Notes: generated by a model not told the origin, from the sequence alone. Positions 10,316 to 19,320 are shown, numbered from the stretch's first letter. The stretch: DNA of 31,542 nucleotides from an uncultured Acetobacteraceae bacterium (GCA_964236755.1 CAXSHI010000029.1:1-31542); one strand, 5' to 3'. Numbers and translations are program-made.

Positions 10316-10440
10316 ACCACCGTTGCGAGGATGCGCCAGCTTACATCATTTTTTATACGAAACAAATTTAAAGTTGCATGTCTGGAGCTTGAACATCCAC
10401 AAAATGCGAATGCCAGGAAGGAGCGGGGCTGGGGCCGATG
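10316..10440. promoter_or_regulatory. AT-rich divergent intergenic region, likely carrying promoters for the COG3904-like gene (minus) and the esterase (plus). Right boundary of the lower-GC islet.
   Basis: ttacatcattttttatacgaaacaaatttaaagttgcatgtctggagcttgaacatccacaaaatgcgaatgcc is ~35% GC in a 70% GC genome and is flanked by divergent genes. Confidence 0.4.
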
Positions 10441-10560
10441 CGGGCGTGTCGGCGGCGGCGATGGCCACATCGCAGCCCTGCAATCATGGGTCGGCTTGGA
10501 GAATGGACCTTCTGGACGCCGGGTTGCCCGGGCTGCAGAGTCCCGTTACCGTTCGCGGCC

Positions 10561-11796
10561 ATGCCCGAGGAACAAACGACCATACGGGACCACGAGAAAC
10601 GCCGCGACCGGCCCAGGCCGGCTGCGGGACGGCCGGAGATCGATGCTGTGCTGCGCCGGGCCTTGGACGCCGGGGAAGTTCCGGGCGTCGTGGCGATGGC
10701 GGCGACCGACAAGGGCGTGTGCTACGAGGGCGCGTTCGGCCTGCGGGATCTTGGGCAAGGCGCGGCGATGACCCTCGACACGGTGTTCCGCATCGCCTCG
10801 ATGACCAAGGCGGTGACGTCAACCGCGGCGATGCAGCTTGTCGAGCAGGGCAGGCTCACCCTCGACGATCCCGTGCCCGACATCGACCCGGCCCTGTCCG
10901 CGCCGCAGGTGCTGGAGGGCTTCGACCCGTCCGGCGCGCCGCGGCTGCGAGCGGCCCGGCGCCCAATCACGCTCTGGCGCCTGCTGACCCATACCGCCGG
11001 GTTCAGCTACGAGCGGTGGAACGCCGGTATCGTCCGCTACGTCCAGGCAAGCGGCATGCCGTCCATCGGCACCGGCAAGCTCGCGTCGCTTCGGCTGCCG
11101 CTGGTGTTCGACCCAGGGGAGAGGTGGGAGTATGGGATCAACATCGACTGGGTGGGACTGCTCGTCGAGGCGGTCAGCGGGCAGAAGCTCGACGCCTACG
11201 TCCGGCAGCATATCCTTGAACCGCTCGGCATGGCGAACACCGGTTTCGCGACCAGCCCCGGTCAGCGTGCGCGGCAGGCGAGCGTGCATCAGCGCCAAGC
11301 GGACGGGTCCTTGCAGCCGCAGCCGCTCGAAGCCCCATTCATGCCCGAGTTCTGGGCCGGCGGCGGCGGCCTATACTCGACGGCGTCGGACTACATGGCG
11401 TTTCTACGGGCGTTGCTGCACGGCGGCACCCTTGGTGGCGCCCGCATCCTGCGGCCGGAGACCGTCGCATCCATGGGCCGGAACCAAATCGGCGCCGTCG
11501 AGGCCGGCATCATGAGGACAACCGCGCCGGGCAACTCGACCGACGTGGACTTTTTTCCCAGCGCCAGCCTGAAATGGGGCCTGGCCACGATGATCAACGT
11601 GGAGCCGGGTCCGGACGGCCGCGACGCCGACACGCTGACCTGGGCCGGCCTGTTCAACACCCATTACTGGATCGACCCGGCACGGCGCGTCGTAGGCCTG
11701 CTGATGACCCAGATCCTGCCGTTCGGCGACGCCCCGGCGATGCGGCTGTACGGACAGTTCGAGCGCGCGGTTTACGACTCGCTGAACACCGCCTGA
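10561..11796 (+). CDS. Serine hydrolase of the beta-lactamase/class C family (EstB-like esterase)
   Basis: 411 aa from ATG 10561; GC3 rises at this start. The stretch before it in ORF 10438.. is R-rich and low in GC3. S-x-x-K motif in FRIASMTKAVTSTAAMQLVEQG. LLTHTAGFSY is typical of the family. No signal peptide. Confidence 0.8.
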   Translation: MPEEQTTIRDHEKRRDRPRPAAGRPEIDAVLRRALDAGEVPGVVAMAATDKGVCYEGAFGLRDLGQGAAMTLDTVFRIASMTKAVTSTAAMQLVEQGRLTLDDPVPDIDPALSAPQVLEGFDPSGAPRLRAARRPITLWRLLTHTAGFSYERWNAGIVRYVQASGMPSIGTGKLASLRLPLVFDPGERWEYGINIDWVGLLVEAVSGQKLDAYVRQHILEPLGMANTGFATSPGQRARQASVHQRQADGSLQPQPLEAPFMPEFWAGGGGLYSTASDYMAFLRALLHGGTLGGARILRPETVASMGRNQIGAVEAGIMRTTAPGNSTDVDFFPSASLKWGLATMINVEPGPDGRDADTLTWAGLFNTHYWIDPARRVVGLLMTQILPFGDAPAMRLYGQFERAVYDSLNTA

Positions 11797-12752
11797 CCCG
11801 TCTCCGGCAACGGCTGCCCGGCCCGCTCCCGCTGTACGCGACGATGCATCCACGACGTGAGCAGCGGCGTCAGGATTGCGGTCACGATGACCGAGGCCGC
11901 GACCTGCACGGTGGCTATCGGCGCGATGGCGGCGTAGCTGGGATCGGCGATGGCGATGGCCTTCGGCACCGCGGCGGCGTTGCCCGCGGTGCTGCTGGCC
12001 GCGGCGCCCGCGATGCCGGAGCCGCCGAGCGCGCGGTCCGCCAGGATGCAGAGCGTGCCGGTCACGACGCACACGAACACGCCGAGCAGCACCCCGGACG
12101 GCCCCGCGGTCAGCACGTTCACCAGGTTGATGTTCTGCCCCAGCGTGAACGCCATGAACGGCACGATGATCGGCTCGTGCTTGCCGAAGAAGTCGCGCAG
12201 CTCGCCGTCGAGATTGCCGAGCACCGCGCCCGCCGCGATGGGCGCCACCACCGACACCATGGCGATCCACGGGATCGTGGCGAGGCCGGCCCCCACCAGG
12301 AACAGCATGGTGATGAACGGCCCGGTCTCGATGCTCTGCGGCACGTAGGTGCCAGCATCCTCCTTGTCGCCCATCACGCTGGTCAGCGCCATGAACATGC
12401 CGCCGTTGGTGTCGCTGAGCGCCACCATGAGCGCCAGCGAGCTGTAGCCGAACAGGCTGCCGTCGGAGAGCTTGGCCACCGCGAGCGCCACGGCGACGGC
12501 GATGCCGAGCTTGGCGCCCATGATGCCGAAGCCGCGCTTCAGCATGCGCGGCGCGGCGTTCAGCGTCATCTTGGTGCCGACGGTGAACAGGTACATGCCG
12601 AGCACGGTGTTATACCCGGCGTTGCTCAGGCCCTCGGTGAAGCCGCCGATCTTCAGCAGGTTGGGCGCGAACGTGTTGACCAGCATGCCCAGGAACAGCG
12701 GCACCACCATCAGCCCGCCCGGCACCCGGTTGATGAAGCGCATGATCGGCAT
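11772..12752 (-). CDS. kdgT: 2-keto-3-deoxygluconate permease
   Basis: Start ATG 12752 (MPIMRFINRVPGGLMVVPLFLGMLVNTFAPN...) with AAGGGGA Shine-Dalgarno 8 nt upstream. Full-length similarity to KdgT (…ALSDTNGGMFMALTSVMGDKEDAGTYVPQSIETGPFITMLFLG…AASSTAGNAAAVPKAIA…). Its 3' end overlaps the convergent esterase by 25 nt. Confidence 0.85.
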   Translation of the reverse strand: MPIMRFINRVPGGLMVVPLFLGMLVNTFAPNLLKIGGFTEGLSNAGYNTVLGMYLFTVGTKMTLNAAPRMLKRGFGIMGAKLGIAVAVALAVAKLSDGSLFGYSSLALMVALSDTNGGMFMALTSVMGDKEDAGTYVPQSIETGPFITMLFLVGAGLATIPWIAMVSVVAPIAAGAVLGNLDGELRDFFGKHEPIIVPFMAFTLGQNINLVNVLTAGPSGVLLGVFVCVVTGTLCILADRALGGSGIAGAAASSTAGNAAAVPKAIAIADPSYAAIAPIATVQVAASVIVTAILTPLLTSWMHRRVQRERAGQPLPETGQAVFSES

Positions 12753-12894
12753 CGTCTCGTCCCCTTGTCGTTGAAGCCGGGGCCGCATGCTCGGCCCTTG
12801 ATGGCTATGGGCCGGCATCTTCGGACGCCTTGGGGGCACGTGGCAAGCGCCGCCGCGGATCAGGCCATCTGATCCGTGCGCGACGAGGCGCCGG

Positions 12895-13374
12895 CTACAG
12901 AGCGCCGACGTTGCCCTGGTAGTCGCAATAAACGCTCACCGCGGACCCGTCGCGCATCGCCTTGCCGCGCCACACGCCGTCGCGGTCCTTCTGCAGGCCC
13001 GTCACCTGGGTGAAGCCGCCGGTCTCGATGCGCCGGCGTGCCTCGCGCATGGTGAAGCTGCTGGCGCCGGCCACCGGGGCGGCGGAGGTCTTGCGGTCGG
13101 CGTCGGACGTGGTGACGGCGGGCTGCGCCGGGCTGCCGTTGTTGCGCTCGCTCCGAGGGCCTTCCGTGCCGAAGTGGCCGCCGAACGTGGACATGGAGCC
13201 GCGCGGCGCCGGAACCGCCTCGCCCGGCACGACCCCGTTCAAGGAGCCGCTGCGCCCGACGGTCGAGGGCGTGCCCGGCGCGATGTAGTACGTGCCGGGA
13301 TGGCCCGGCGGGGTCTGCGCCCATGCCGTGCCGCACAGGAGCGCCGCGGCCATGCCAAAGCCAACTGCCTTCAT
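12895..13374 (-). CDS. Secreted PepSY-domain protein
   Basis: Signal peptide MKAVGFGMAAALLCGTAWA. Low-complexity Gly/Pro/Ser linker. C-terminal FTMREARRRIETGGFTQVTGLQKDRDGVWRGKAMRDGSAVSVYCDYQGNV matches the PepSY fold pattern. AGGAGG SD 8 nt upstream of ATG 13374. Confidence 0.6.
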   Translation of the reverse strand: MKAVGFGMAAALLCGTAWAQTPPGHPGTYYIAPGTPSTVGRSGSLNGVVPGEAVPAPRGSMSTFGGHFGTEGPRSERNNGSPAQPAVTTSDADRKTSAAPVAGASSFTMREARRRIETGGFTQVTGLQKDRDGVWRGKAMRDGSAVSVYCDYQGNVGAL

Positions 13375-13407
13375 CGAATGGTCCTCCTAATGAATTCGTG
13401 ACTGCCG

Positions 13408-13433
13408 AACGTCGCGCCGCGCTGCGCGGTTGC
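13408..13433 (-). promoter_or_regulatory. Candidate ECF (EcfG-like) promoter upstream of the PepSY gene: GCAAC-N17-CGTT
   Basis: Minus-strand sequence GCAACcgcgcagcgcggcgcgaCGTT lies ~32 nt upstream of ATG 13374. The pattern resembles the alpha-proteobacterial general-stress GGAAC-N16/17-CGTT, with one mismatch in the -35. Confidence 0.25.
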
Positions 13434-13518
13434 GATCACGGACGCGCCAGACGATGCTGGGCGCGCGCAGCGGGCATCGGCAGGGTGGCCCAGGTTCCGG
13501 CGCACAAGGAGACGACGG

Positions 13519-14421
13519 ATGGGCGCTGCGGCACCGGGCAATGCGGACCAGGTTGAATACTGGAACGGCGACGTGGGACAGCGATGGGCGCGCAGCCAGG
13601 ACCGGCTGGACCGGGCGTTCCGGCCGCTGACCGCGGCCCTGATCGAGCGGGCGGCGCCGCGCCGGGGCGAGCGCGCGGCCGACATCGGCTGCGGCTGCGG
13701 CGACCTCAGCCTGATGCTGGCGGACCGTCTCGGGGCGGAGGGGCAGGTGCTCGCGGTGGACGTGTCGCGGCCGATGCTGGAGCAGGCGCGGGCGCGGCAG
13801 CAGGCGTCCACCGGGGCGGGGCGCGCGCCGATCCAATGGCAGGAGGCGGACGCCGCAGCCTGGCCGTTCTCGGAAGGCGGGTTCGACCTGCTCGCCTCCC
13901 GCTTCGGCGTCATGTTCTTCGCCGATCCCGTCGCGGCGTTCCGCAACATGCGCCGCGCGCTGCGGCCCGGCGGGCGGCTCACGATGCTGTGCTGGCGGCC
14001 GATGCCGGACAACGCCTGGGTGGCGGTGCCCCGCGCGGCGATGCTCGGGGTCGTGCCGGCGCCCGAACCTGCGCCGCCACATGCACCGGGTCCGTTCGCG
14101 TTTGCGGACGCTGCCCGGGTGGGCGCCATCCTCGCCCAGGCCGGCTTTGCGGAGATCGCCAGCGTGGGCGTCGATGCGGCGCTCGCCTTGACGACGGAGG
14201 GCGGCCCCGATGCGGCGCTGGATGACGCGGCGCGGTTCGTGGTCGAGTGCGGCCCGGCCTCCGCCCTGCTGCGCGACGCCGACGACGCGACGCGGGAGCG
14301 CGGCGTGGCAGCCGTCCGCGCCGCGCTGCGCGACCGTGCCGGAGCGGGCCTGGCGTTGCTCGACGCCGCCTGCTGGCTGTTCACCGCGGAGAACCCGGTG
14401 GCTGCCGGGCGCGCTCCTTGA
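13519..14421 (+). CDS. Class I SAM-dependent methyltransferase
   Basis: 300 aa. Motif I ADIGCGCGDLSLMLA. Post-I acidic VLAVDVS. Motif II-like GFDLLASRFGVMFF. AAGGAG SD 7 nt upstream of ATG 13519. Confidence 0.8.
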   Translation: MGAAAPGNADQVEYWNGDVGQRWARSQDRLDRAFRPLTAALIERAAPRRGERAADIGCGCGDLSLMLADRLGAEGQVLAVDVSRPMLEQARARQQASTGAGRAPIQWQEADAAAWPFSEGGFDLLASRFGVMFFADPVAAFRNMRRALRPGGRLTMLCWRPMPDNAWVAVPRAAMLGVVPAPEPAPPHAPGPFAFADAARVGAILAQAGFAEIASVGVDAALALTTEGGPDAALDDAARFVVECGPASALLRDADDATRERGVAAVRAALRDRAGAGLALLDAACWLFTAENPVAAGRAP

Positions 14422-14510
14422 CCGCGCCGGGCCTTGCCGCCCTGGTGCGACGCTGCCGGGTCACGCCGGGCGAGGCGGTGCGCCTGGCCGACCGCGATCC
14501 CGCGGACCGC

Positions 14511-15296
14511 ATGGGGCTGTCCAAGGCGGATGCCGAGGCGATGCTGGCCGAGGGCGCCGGGCGCCTCGCCGCGCTGCACGACCGGCTGTTCGCGCAGCGC
14601 GCCTGGTCGGTGCTGCTGGTGCTGCAGGGCATGGACGCCAGCGGCAAGGACGGGGCGATCAGGCGGCTCGCGGCCGGGCTGAATCCGCAGGGCCTGCGCG
14701 TCACCTCCTTCGCGGCCCCCAACGCCGAGGAACGGTCGCATGACTTCCTGTGGCGCATCCATCGCGCCATGCCGCAGCGGGGCACCGTCGGCGTGTTCAA
14801 CCGCAGCCATTACGAGGACGTGCTGGTGCCCCGCGTGGACCCGGACGCGCTGGCCGGGCTGGGCCTTCCGGCGAGCCTGATCGGGCCGGACATCTGGACG
14901 CAGCGGCTCGGCGCAATTGTCGGGTTCGAGACCACCCTCGCCCAGCAGGGCGTGGCACAAGCGAAGGTCTTCTTGCACCTGTCCCGCGACGAGCAGCGCA
15001 AGCGGCTGCTGGCCCGCCTGGACGATCCGGCCAAGGCCTGGAAGTTCGATCCGTCGGACACTGCCGCGCGCGACCGCTGGGCGGAGTACCAGCCGGCCTA
15101 CGAGGCGGCGTTCAGCGCGACGGCGACGGCAGCCGCGCCCTGGTACATCGTGCCGGCCGACAGCAAGCCGGTCGCGCGCGCCCTGGTGCAGGCCGTCCTG
15201 CTGCACACGATGGAGGGCTTGGACCTCCAGATGCCGGCACTGTCGCCCGAGCGCCTGGCGCAGATGGCGGATGCGCGGAAGCACCTCATGGCGTGA
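14511..15296 (+). CDS. Polyphosphate kinase 2 family protein (polyphosphate:nucleotide phosphotransferase)
   Basis: MGLSKADAEAMLAEGAGRLAALHDRLFAQRAWSVLLVLQGMDASGKDGAIRRL (PPK2 Walker A GMDASGKDG). FNRSHYEDVLVPRV. Lid region WKFDPSD..DRWAEY. ATG 14511 chosen; the ORF-track N-extension 14247.. overlaps the methyltransferase and is R-rich junk. A TTG/GTG start at 14417/14444 cannot be excluded. Confidence 0.8.
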   Translation: MGLSKADAEAMLAEGAGRLAALHDRLFAQRAWSVLLVLQGMDASGKDGAIRRLAAGLNPQGLRVTSFAAPNAEERSHDFLWRIHRAMPQRGTVGVFNRSHYEDVLVPRVDPDALAGLGLPASLIGPDIWTQRLGAIVGFETTLAQQGVAQAKVFLHLSRDEQRKRLLARLDDPAKAWKFDPSDTAARDRWAEYQPAYEAAFSATATAAAPWYIVPADSKPVARALVQAVLLHTMEGLDLQMPALSPERLAQMADARKHLMA

Positions 15297-15301
15297 ACGC
15301 T

Positions 15302-17185
15302 CTAAAGCTCGACCTGGGTGCCCAGTTCGACGACGCGCTTGGGCGGGATCTGGAAGTAGCTCGACGCGCTCACGGCGTTGCGGGTCATGAAGGAGTAGAG
15401 CCGCTCCCGCCACCGGGGCAGGTCGGGATGGACGGTCGGCACCGGCGTCTCGCGGCCGAGAAAGAACGACGTGTCGGCGATGTCGATGGGGAACTCGGCC
15501 CGGTGCGCCTCCAACGCCGCGGGCACGTCCGGCGATTCCGCGAAGCCGAAGCGCAAGGTGATCTCCGTGAAGCCCTTGTCGAGCGGCTCCACCGTCATGC
15601 GCTGGGCGCCCTCGACGAAAGGCACCCGCTCGGTGATCACCGTCAGCAACGCGATGCGCTCGTGCAGCACCTTGTTGTGCTTGAGGTTGTCGGTCAGCGA
15701 GTATGGCGCCGTCTCCCGGCGTGCCGCGAGATAGACGGCAGTGCCCGGCACCCGGGGCAGTCTCGACGAGTCGAGCCGGGCGAGGAACCGGTCAATCGGC
15801 AGGTTGTCCTCGCTTGTGCGCTCCAGCACGATCTGCCGGCCGCGGCGCCAGGTGGACATCAGGGTGAACACGATGACGCCGACCAGCAGCGGGAACCAGC
15901 CGCCCTGGGGAATTTTCACCGCGTTGGCCGCGAAGAAGGCGAGGTCCACGACGAGGAAGAAGCCAATCACCGCCGCCGTCGTCGGCACGCTCCAACGCCA
16001 CACCCGCCGGGCCACCAGCGCGAGCAGGCCCGTGGTGATCACCATGGTGCCCGCCACCGCGATGCCGTACGCCGCCGCGAGGTTGTCCGAGGACCCGAAG
16101 GCCAGCACCAGCCCGATCACGCAGACCATCAACAGCCAGTTGATCTGCGGCACGTAAACCTGGCCGATGGCCTCCTCCGACGTTTGGCGGATGTCGAGCC
16201 GGGGCAGCAGGCTGAGCTGCATCGCCTGCTGCGACAGCGAGAACGCGCCGGAGATCACGGCCTGCGAGGCGATCACCGTGGCGGCGGTGGCGAGCACCAC
16301 CACGGGCACCAGTGCCCAGCCGGGAAACAGGTTGAAGAACGGGCTGTCGGTCGCATCGGGATGGGCGAGCACCAGCGCCCCCTGGCCGAAGTAGTTGAGC
16401 GCCAGCGCCGGCAGCACGAAGGCGAACCAGTCGAGCCGGATCGGGCCGCGGCCGAAGTGCCCCATGTCGGCATACAGCGCCTCTGCCCCGGTCATGGCGA
16501 GGAACACCGAGCCGAGCGCCAGGAAGCCGATGGAGCCATGGCCGAACAAGAAACGAAGGGCGTAGAGCGGGTTGAGCGCCGCCAGCACGCCGAGGTTCTG
16601 CACCACCTGCACCAGCCCGGCCACCGCCAGCACGGCGAACCACCCCGCCATCACCGGGCCGAAATAGGCGCCGATCCGCTCGCTGCCCCGGCTCTGCACC
16701 ACGAACAAACCGATCAGCACGGCGATGGTGAGCGGGATGACGTAAGGCTTGAGTAAGGGGGCTGCGACCTCCAGCCCTTCCATGGCGCTGAGGACGGAGA
16801 TGGCCGGGGTGATCATGCCGTCGCCGTAGAACAGCGCGGCGCCGGCGATGCCGACCATGAGCAGGGCGGTGCGCCGCCGCGGGTCTGCCTCCGAATGCGC
16901 GGCCAGGCCGAGCAGCGCCATGATGCCGCCTTCGCCCTCGTTGTCGGCGCGCATGACGAACAGCACGTACTTGACCGTGACCACGATCATCAGCGCCCAG
17001 AAGATCAGGGACAGCAGCCCCAGCACCACCTCCGTCTCCGTGCCGCCGCCGGCCGCCTTCAGGCACTCGCGCAGCGTGTAGATCGGGCTGGTGCCGATGT
17101 CGCCGTACACGACGCCGAGGGCGCCGACGACGAGGGCGCGGCGCATGGGGTCTGTGGCTGCGTCGCCATGTGCTTGGCTGGTCAT
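15302..17185 (-). CDS. kup: Kup/HAK/KT family potassium uptake transporter
   Basis: 627 aa from ATG 17185 with GGAGG SD 4 nt upstream. ALGVVYGDIGTSPIYTLRE at the N-terminus and the GAEALYADMGHFG motif are Kup hallmarks. 12-TM core plus cytoplasmic C-terminal domain. Confidence 0.9.
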   Translation of the reverse strand: MTSQAHGDAATDPMRRALVVGALGVVYGDIGTSPIYTLRECLKAAGGGTETEVVLGLLSLIFWALMIVVTVKYVLFVMRADNEGEGGIMALLGLAAHSEADPRRRTALLMVGIAGAALFYGDGMITPAISVLSAMEGLEVAAPLLKPYVIPLTIAVLIGLFVVQSRGSERIGAYFGPVMAGWFAVLAVAGLVQVVQNLGVLAALNPLYALRFLFGHGSIGFLALGSVFLAMTGAEALYADMGHFGRGPIRLDWFAFVLPALALNYFGQGALVLAHPDATDSPFFNLFPGWALVPVVVLATAATVIASQAVISGAFSLSQQAMQLSLLPRLDIRQTSEEAIGQVYVPQINWLLMVCVIGLVLAFGSSDNLAAAYGIAVAGTMVITTGLLALVARRVWRWSVPTTAAVIGFFLVVDLAFFAANAVKIPQGGWFPLLVGVIVFTLMSTWRRGRQIVLERTSEDNLPIDRFLARLDSSRLPRVPGTAVYLAARRETAPYSLTDNLKHNKVLHERIALLTVITERVPFVEGAQRMTVEPLDKGFTEITLRFGFAESPDVPAALEAHRAEFPIDIADTSFFLGRETPVPTVHPDLPRWRERLYSFMTRNAVSASSYFQIPPKRVVELGTQVEL

Positions 17186-17352
17186 CGTGCCTCCGCGGCG
17201 CAAGCCGCCCTTGTTCGCTTGGGCCCCGACCCGTAGGTCGGCATGGTTTCAAAGCGGAGGCTACAGGTAAGTTGCGCCGGTCGAAAGGACGGGCGCGGGA
17301 CGGCAGGCCGTCGGGTTCCTGCGGACGGCCTGCGCCGCCGGCGGACCTGGCG

Positions 17353-17437
17353 CCGACAGCCCTTTGCATCGGCCGTCCCATCCTTGCGGGGAGCGGTCGG
17401 TGAAAAGGGCTGTCGGCCTGACCTGAGTTCGGGTCAG
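17353..17437. repeat. REP-like palindromic element (13-bp perfect inverted repeat with 38-nt spacer) plus an adjacent small hairpin, in the MCP-kup intergenic region
   Basis: ccgacagcccttt (17353..17365) pairs with aaagggctgtcgg (17404..17416). Followed by ctgacc-tgagttcg-ggtcag (17418..17437). On the minus strand the small hairpin is followed by ...CCCTTTTCAC. Position fits an MCP terminator or kup leader structure. Confidence 0.5.
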
Positions 17438-17489
17438 CGGTGCCCCAAGCCGTGACCGGGCCTGGGCGGCAACGGCGACCGGCAGGCTG

Positions 17490-19042
17490 CTAGAACTCCT
17501 TCCAGCCGCCGTCGTCGGCATGCGGAGCGGATAGCTCACGCTTCTGGCCCACGACCTTCAGCGACGTCGTGCGCTTGGGACGCGGCGCAGGCTCGGCAGG
17601 ACGGGGCAACGACCTCACGTTCCCGGAGTGCTCCCTGGCAGGCGGCAGATCGCCGATCTGGAAGCGGCCGGTCAGCCGCACCAGGTTCGCCGTTTCCTGG
17701 GCGAGGCTATGGCTGGCAGCCGTGCTCTGCTCGACCATGGCTGCGTTCTGCTGCGTCATCTGATCCATCTGGTTCACGGCGGAGTTGATCTCCCGCAGCC
17801 CGGTGGATTGCTCCTGGGCCGACGCCGCGATCTCCGCAATGGCGCTGTGGACCTCGCCGACCTGGCTGACGATGCGGCCCAGAGACAGCCCGGCGTCGCC
17901 GACGAGCTTGACGCCGCGCCCGACGTGTCCCGTGGACGCCGCGATCAAGCCCCTGATCTCCTTGGCAGCCTCGGCCGAGCGTTGCGCGAGCGCCCGCACC
18001 TCGCTGGCCACGACGGCAAAGCCGCGGCCCGCGTCGCCGGCCCGCGCCGCCTCGACCCCGGCGTTCAGCGCCAGCAGGTTGGTTTGGAATGCGATCTCGT
18101 CGATGACGCCGATGATCTGGCTGATCTGCGTGGACGACTTCTCGATCTCGCCCATGGCGACGACGGCATCGCGCACGACCTGGCCGGACTGCTCCGCATC
18201 GACCTTCGTCGAGGATATGATCGTCTGGGCATGGCTTGAGGCATCGGCGGTGCTGCGGACGGTGGACGTGATCTGGTCCAGCGCCGCCGCAGTCTCTTCC
18301 AGGCTGGCCGCCTGCTGCTCGGTGCGGTGCGACAGGTCGTTGGCCGCCTGGCTGATCTCGCCGGTGCCGGATTGCAGCTCGCCGACGGCTCCGGCGATCG
18401 TCGCGATGGTGTCGCAAAGCCGGGCGGCAGTCTGGTTGAAGTCGTCCCTGAGCTGCGTGGTCTTGCTGGAGAGGACTTCGTTGATCTGGTACTGCAGGTT
18501 GCCGTCCGCCAACGCGGCGAAGCCGCGCACCAGGGCGGCGATGGCGTGCTTGTCGTCTGCCGCCTCCCGCGCCTTGGTCTCCTGCGCGGTGATCTGGTCG
18601 TGGATATCGGTCAGCGAGCCGCAGGCGCGCAGAGGGGTGCCCTGCGCGTCACGGGCGCAGCCGCCGGTCGCCCGGAACCAGCGATACGCGCCGTCGGCGC
18701 ATTTCAGCCGGTAAGCCACGCTGTAGGGCGTCCGGCCGGTCTTGTCGGCGAGATGGGCGCCGAACTTCTCGAAGGTCGGTCCGGCGTCGTCGGGATGCAG
18801 CCGGTCGGACCAGGAGTGCACGACGTCCGGGAAGTCCGCGACGGACTTGAAGCCCATCAGCCTGCGGAACTCGGCCGACCAGGTCCACTGGCTTTCGGGC
18901 GCCATCGCGTCGGCGTTGTGCAGCACGGCTTCCCAAAGGCCGACGCCGGCATAAACGTCCAGGACAGCCACCCGGCCCTTGACCTCGGCCAGCTCGGCCT
19001 TGGTCCGGGCCAGCTCGCGTGCCATTCTCGAAGGTCCGATCA
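17490..19042 (-). CDS. Methyl-accepting chemotaxis protein with N-terminal PAS domain, likely soluble/cytoplasmic
   Basis: ATG 19042 with GGAG SD. N-terminal PAS-like region (…[19 protein letters not shown]…[18 protein letters not shown]…). No TM segments. C-terminal MCP signalling domain (…[43 protein letters not shown]…). Confidence 0.85.
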
Positions 19043-19228
19043 GCCACCCCATTGCTCGCTCCAAGTCGCTACGGCCGTCCGTTTCCTCTGCAGGGCCTTG
19101 CAGCTTGGTTCGGACCGGTCACGGCGACACTACGGCGATTTCCTTAACAAGCCCTGAACGTGGCCTGATGCCCGGCTTGGACCGGGATGGCGCCTGTCGT
19201 CCTATAAGAAGGACAGACCCGGTGGCGT

Positions 19229-19308
19229 GCCGGCGGCCCTTTGCTCCGGCCTTCCTGTCGCTGCGCTCCGCGCCCAGGACAGAAGGGGCCGTGCAAAGGG
19301 CCGCCGGC
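19229..19308 (-). terminator. Long GC-rich inverted repeat downstream of degP. Candidate U-tract-less terminator or REP-like element, related to the 17353..17416 element.
   Basis: gccggcggccctttgc (19229..19244) pairs with gcaaagggccgccggc (19293..19308). Contains a nested imperfect repeat ccttcctgtc...gacagaagg. Shares the core GCCCTTTGC(N)CGGCC with the element at 17353. Begins 13 nt after the degP stop codon. Confidence 0.4.
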
Positions 19309-19320
19309 ACGAGCCGGCCG

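Noticed and set aside
12853-12874. Hairpin cggatcag-gccatc-ctgatccg downstream of the PepSY gene as a terminator
   Set aside because: Perfect 8-bp stem but no U/A tract on either side, and it lies between the kdgT start and the PepSY stop. It could equally be an operator. Not enough evidence to call.
13371-15413. 680-aa minus-strand ORF
   Set aside because: Arg/Ala/Pro/Ser-rich, low-complexity translation typical of an antisense frame in GC-rich DNA. The plus strand here holds well-supported methyltransferase and PPK2 genes.
14750-17381. Long plus/minus alternate-frame ORFs across the kup locus (14750..16756 +, 15792..17381 -)
   Set aside because: kup on the minus strand (15302..17185) has unmistakable Kup motifs and an SD. 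The others are frame artefacts.
17186-17489. Possible c-di-AMP (ydaO) or other riboswitch in the kup leader
   Set aside because: Only generic hairpins are visible. I cannot confirm any Rfam consensus by eye, so it is kept only as a low-interest finding and not as a feature.
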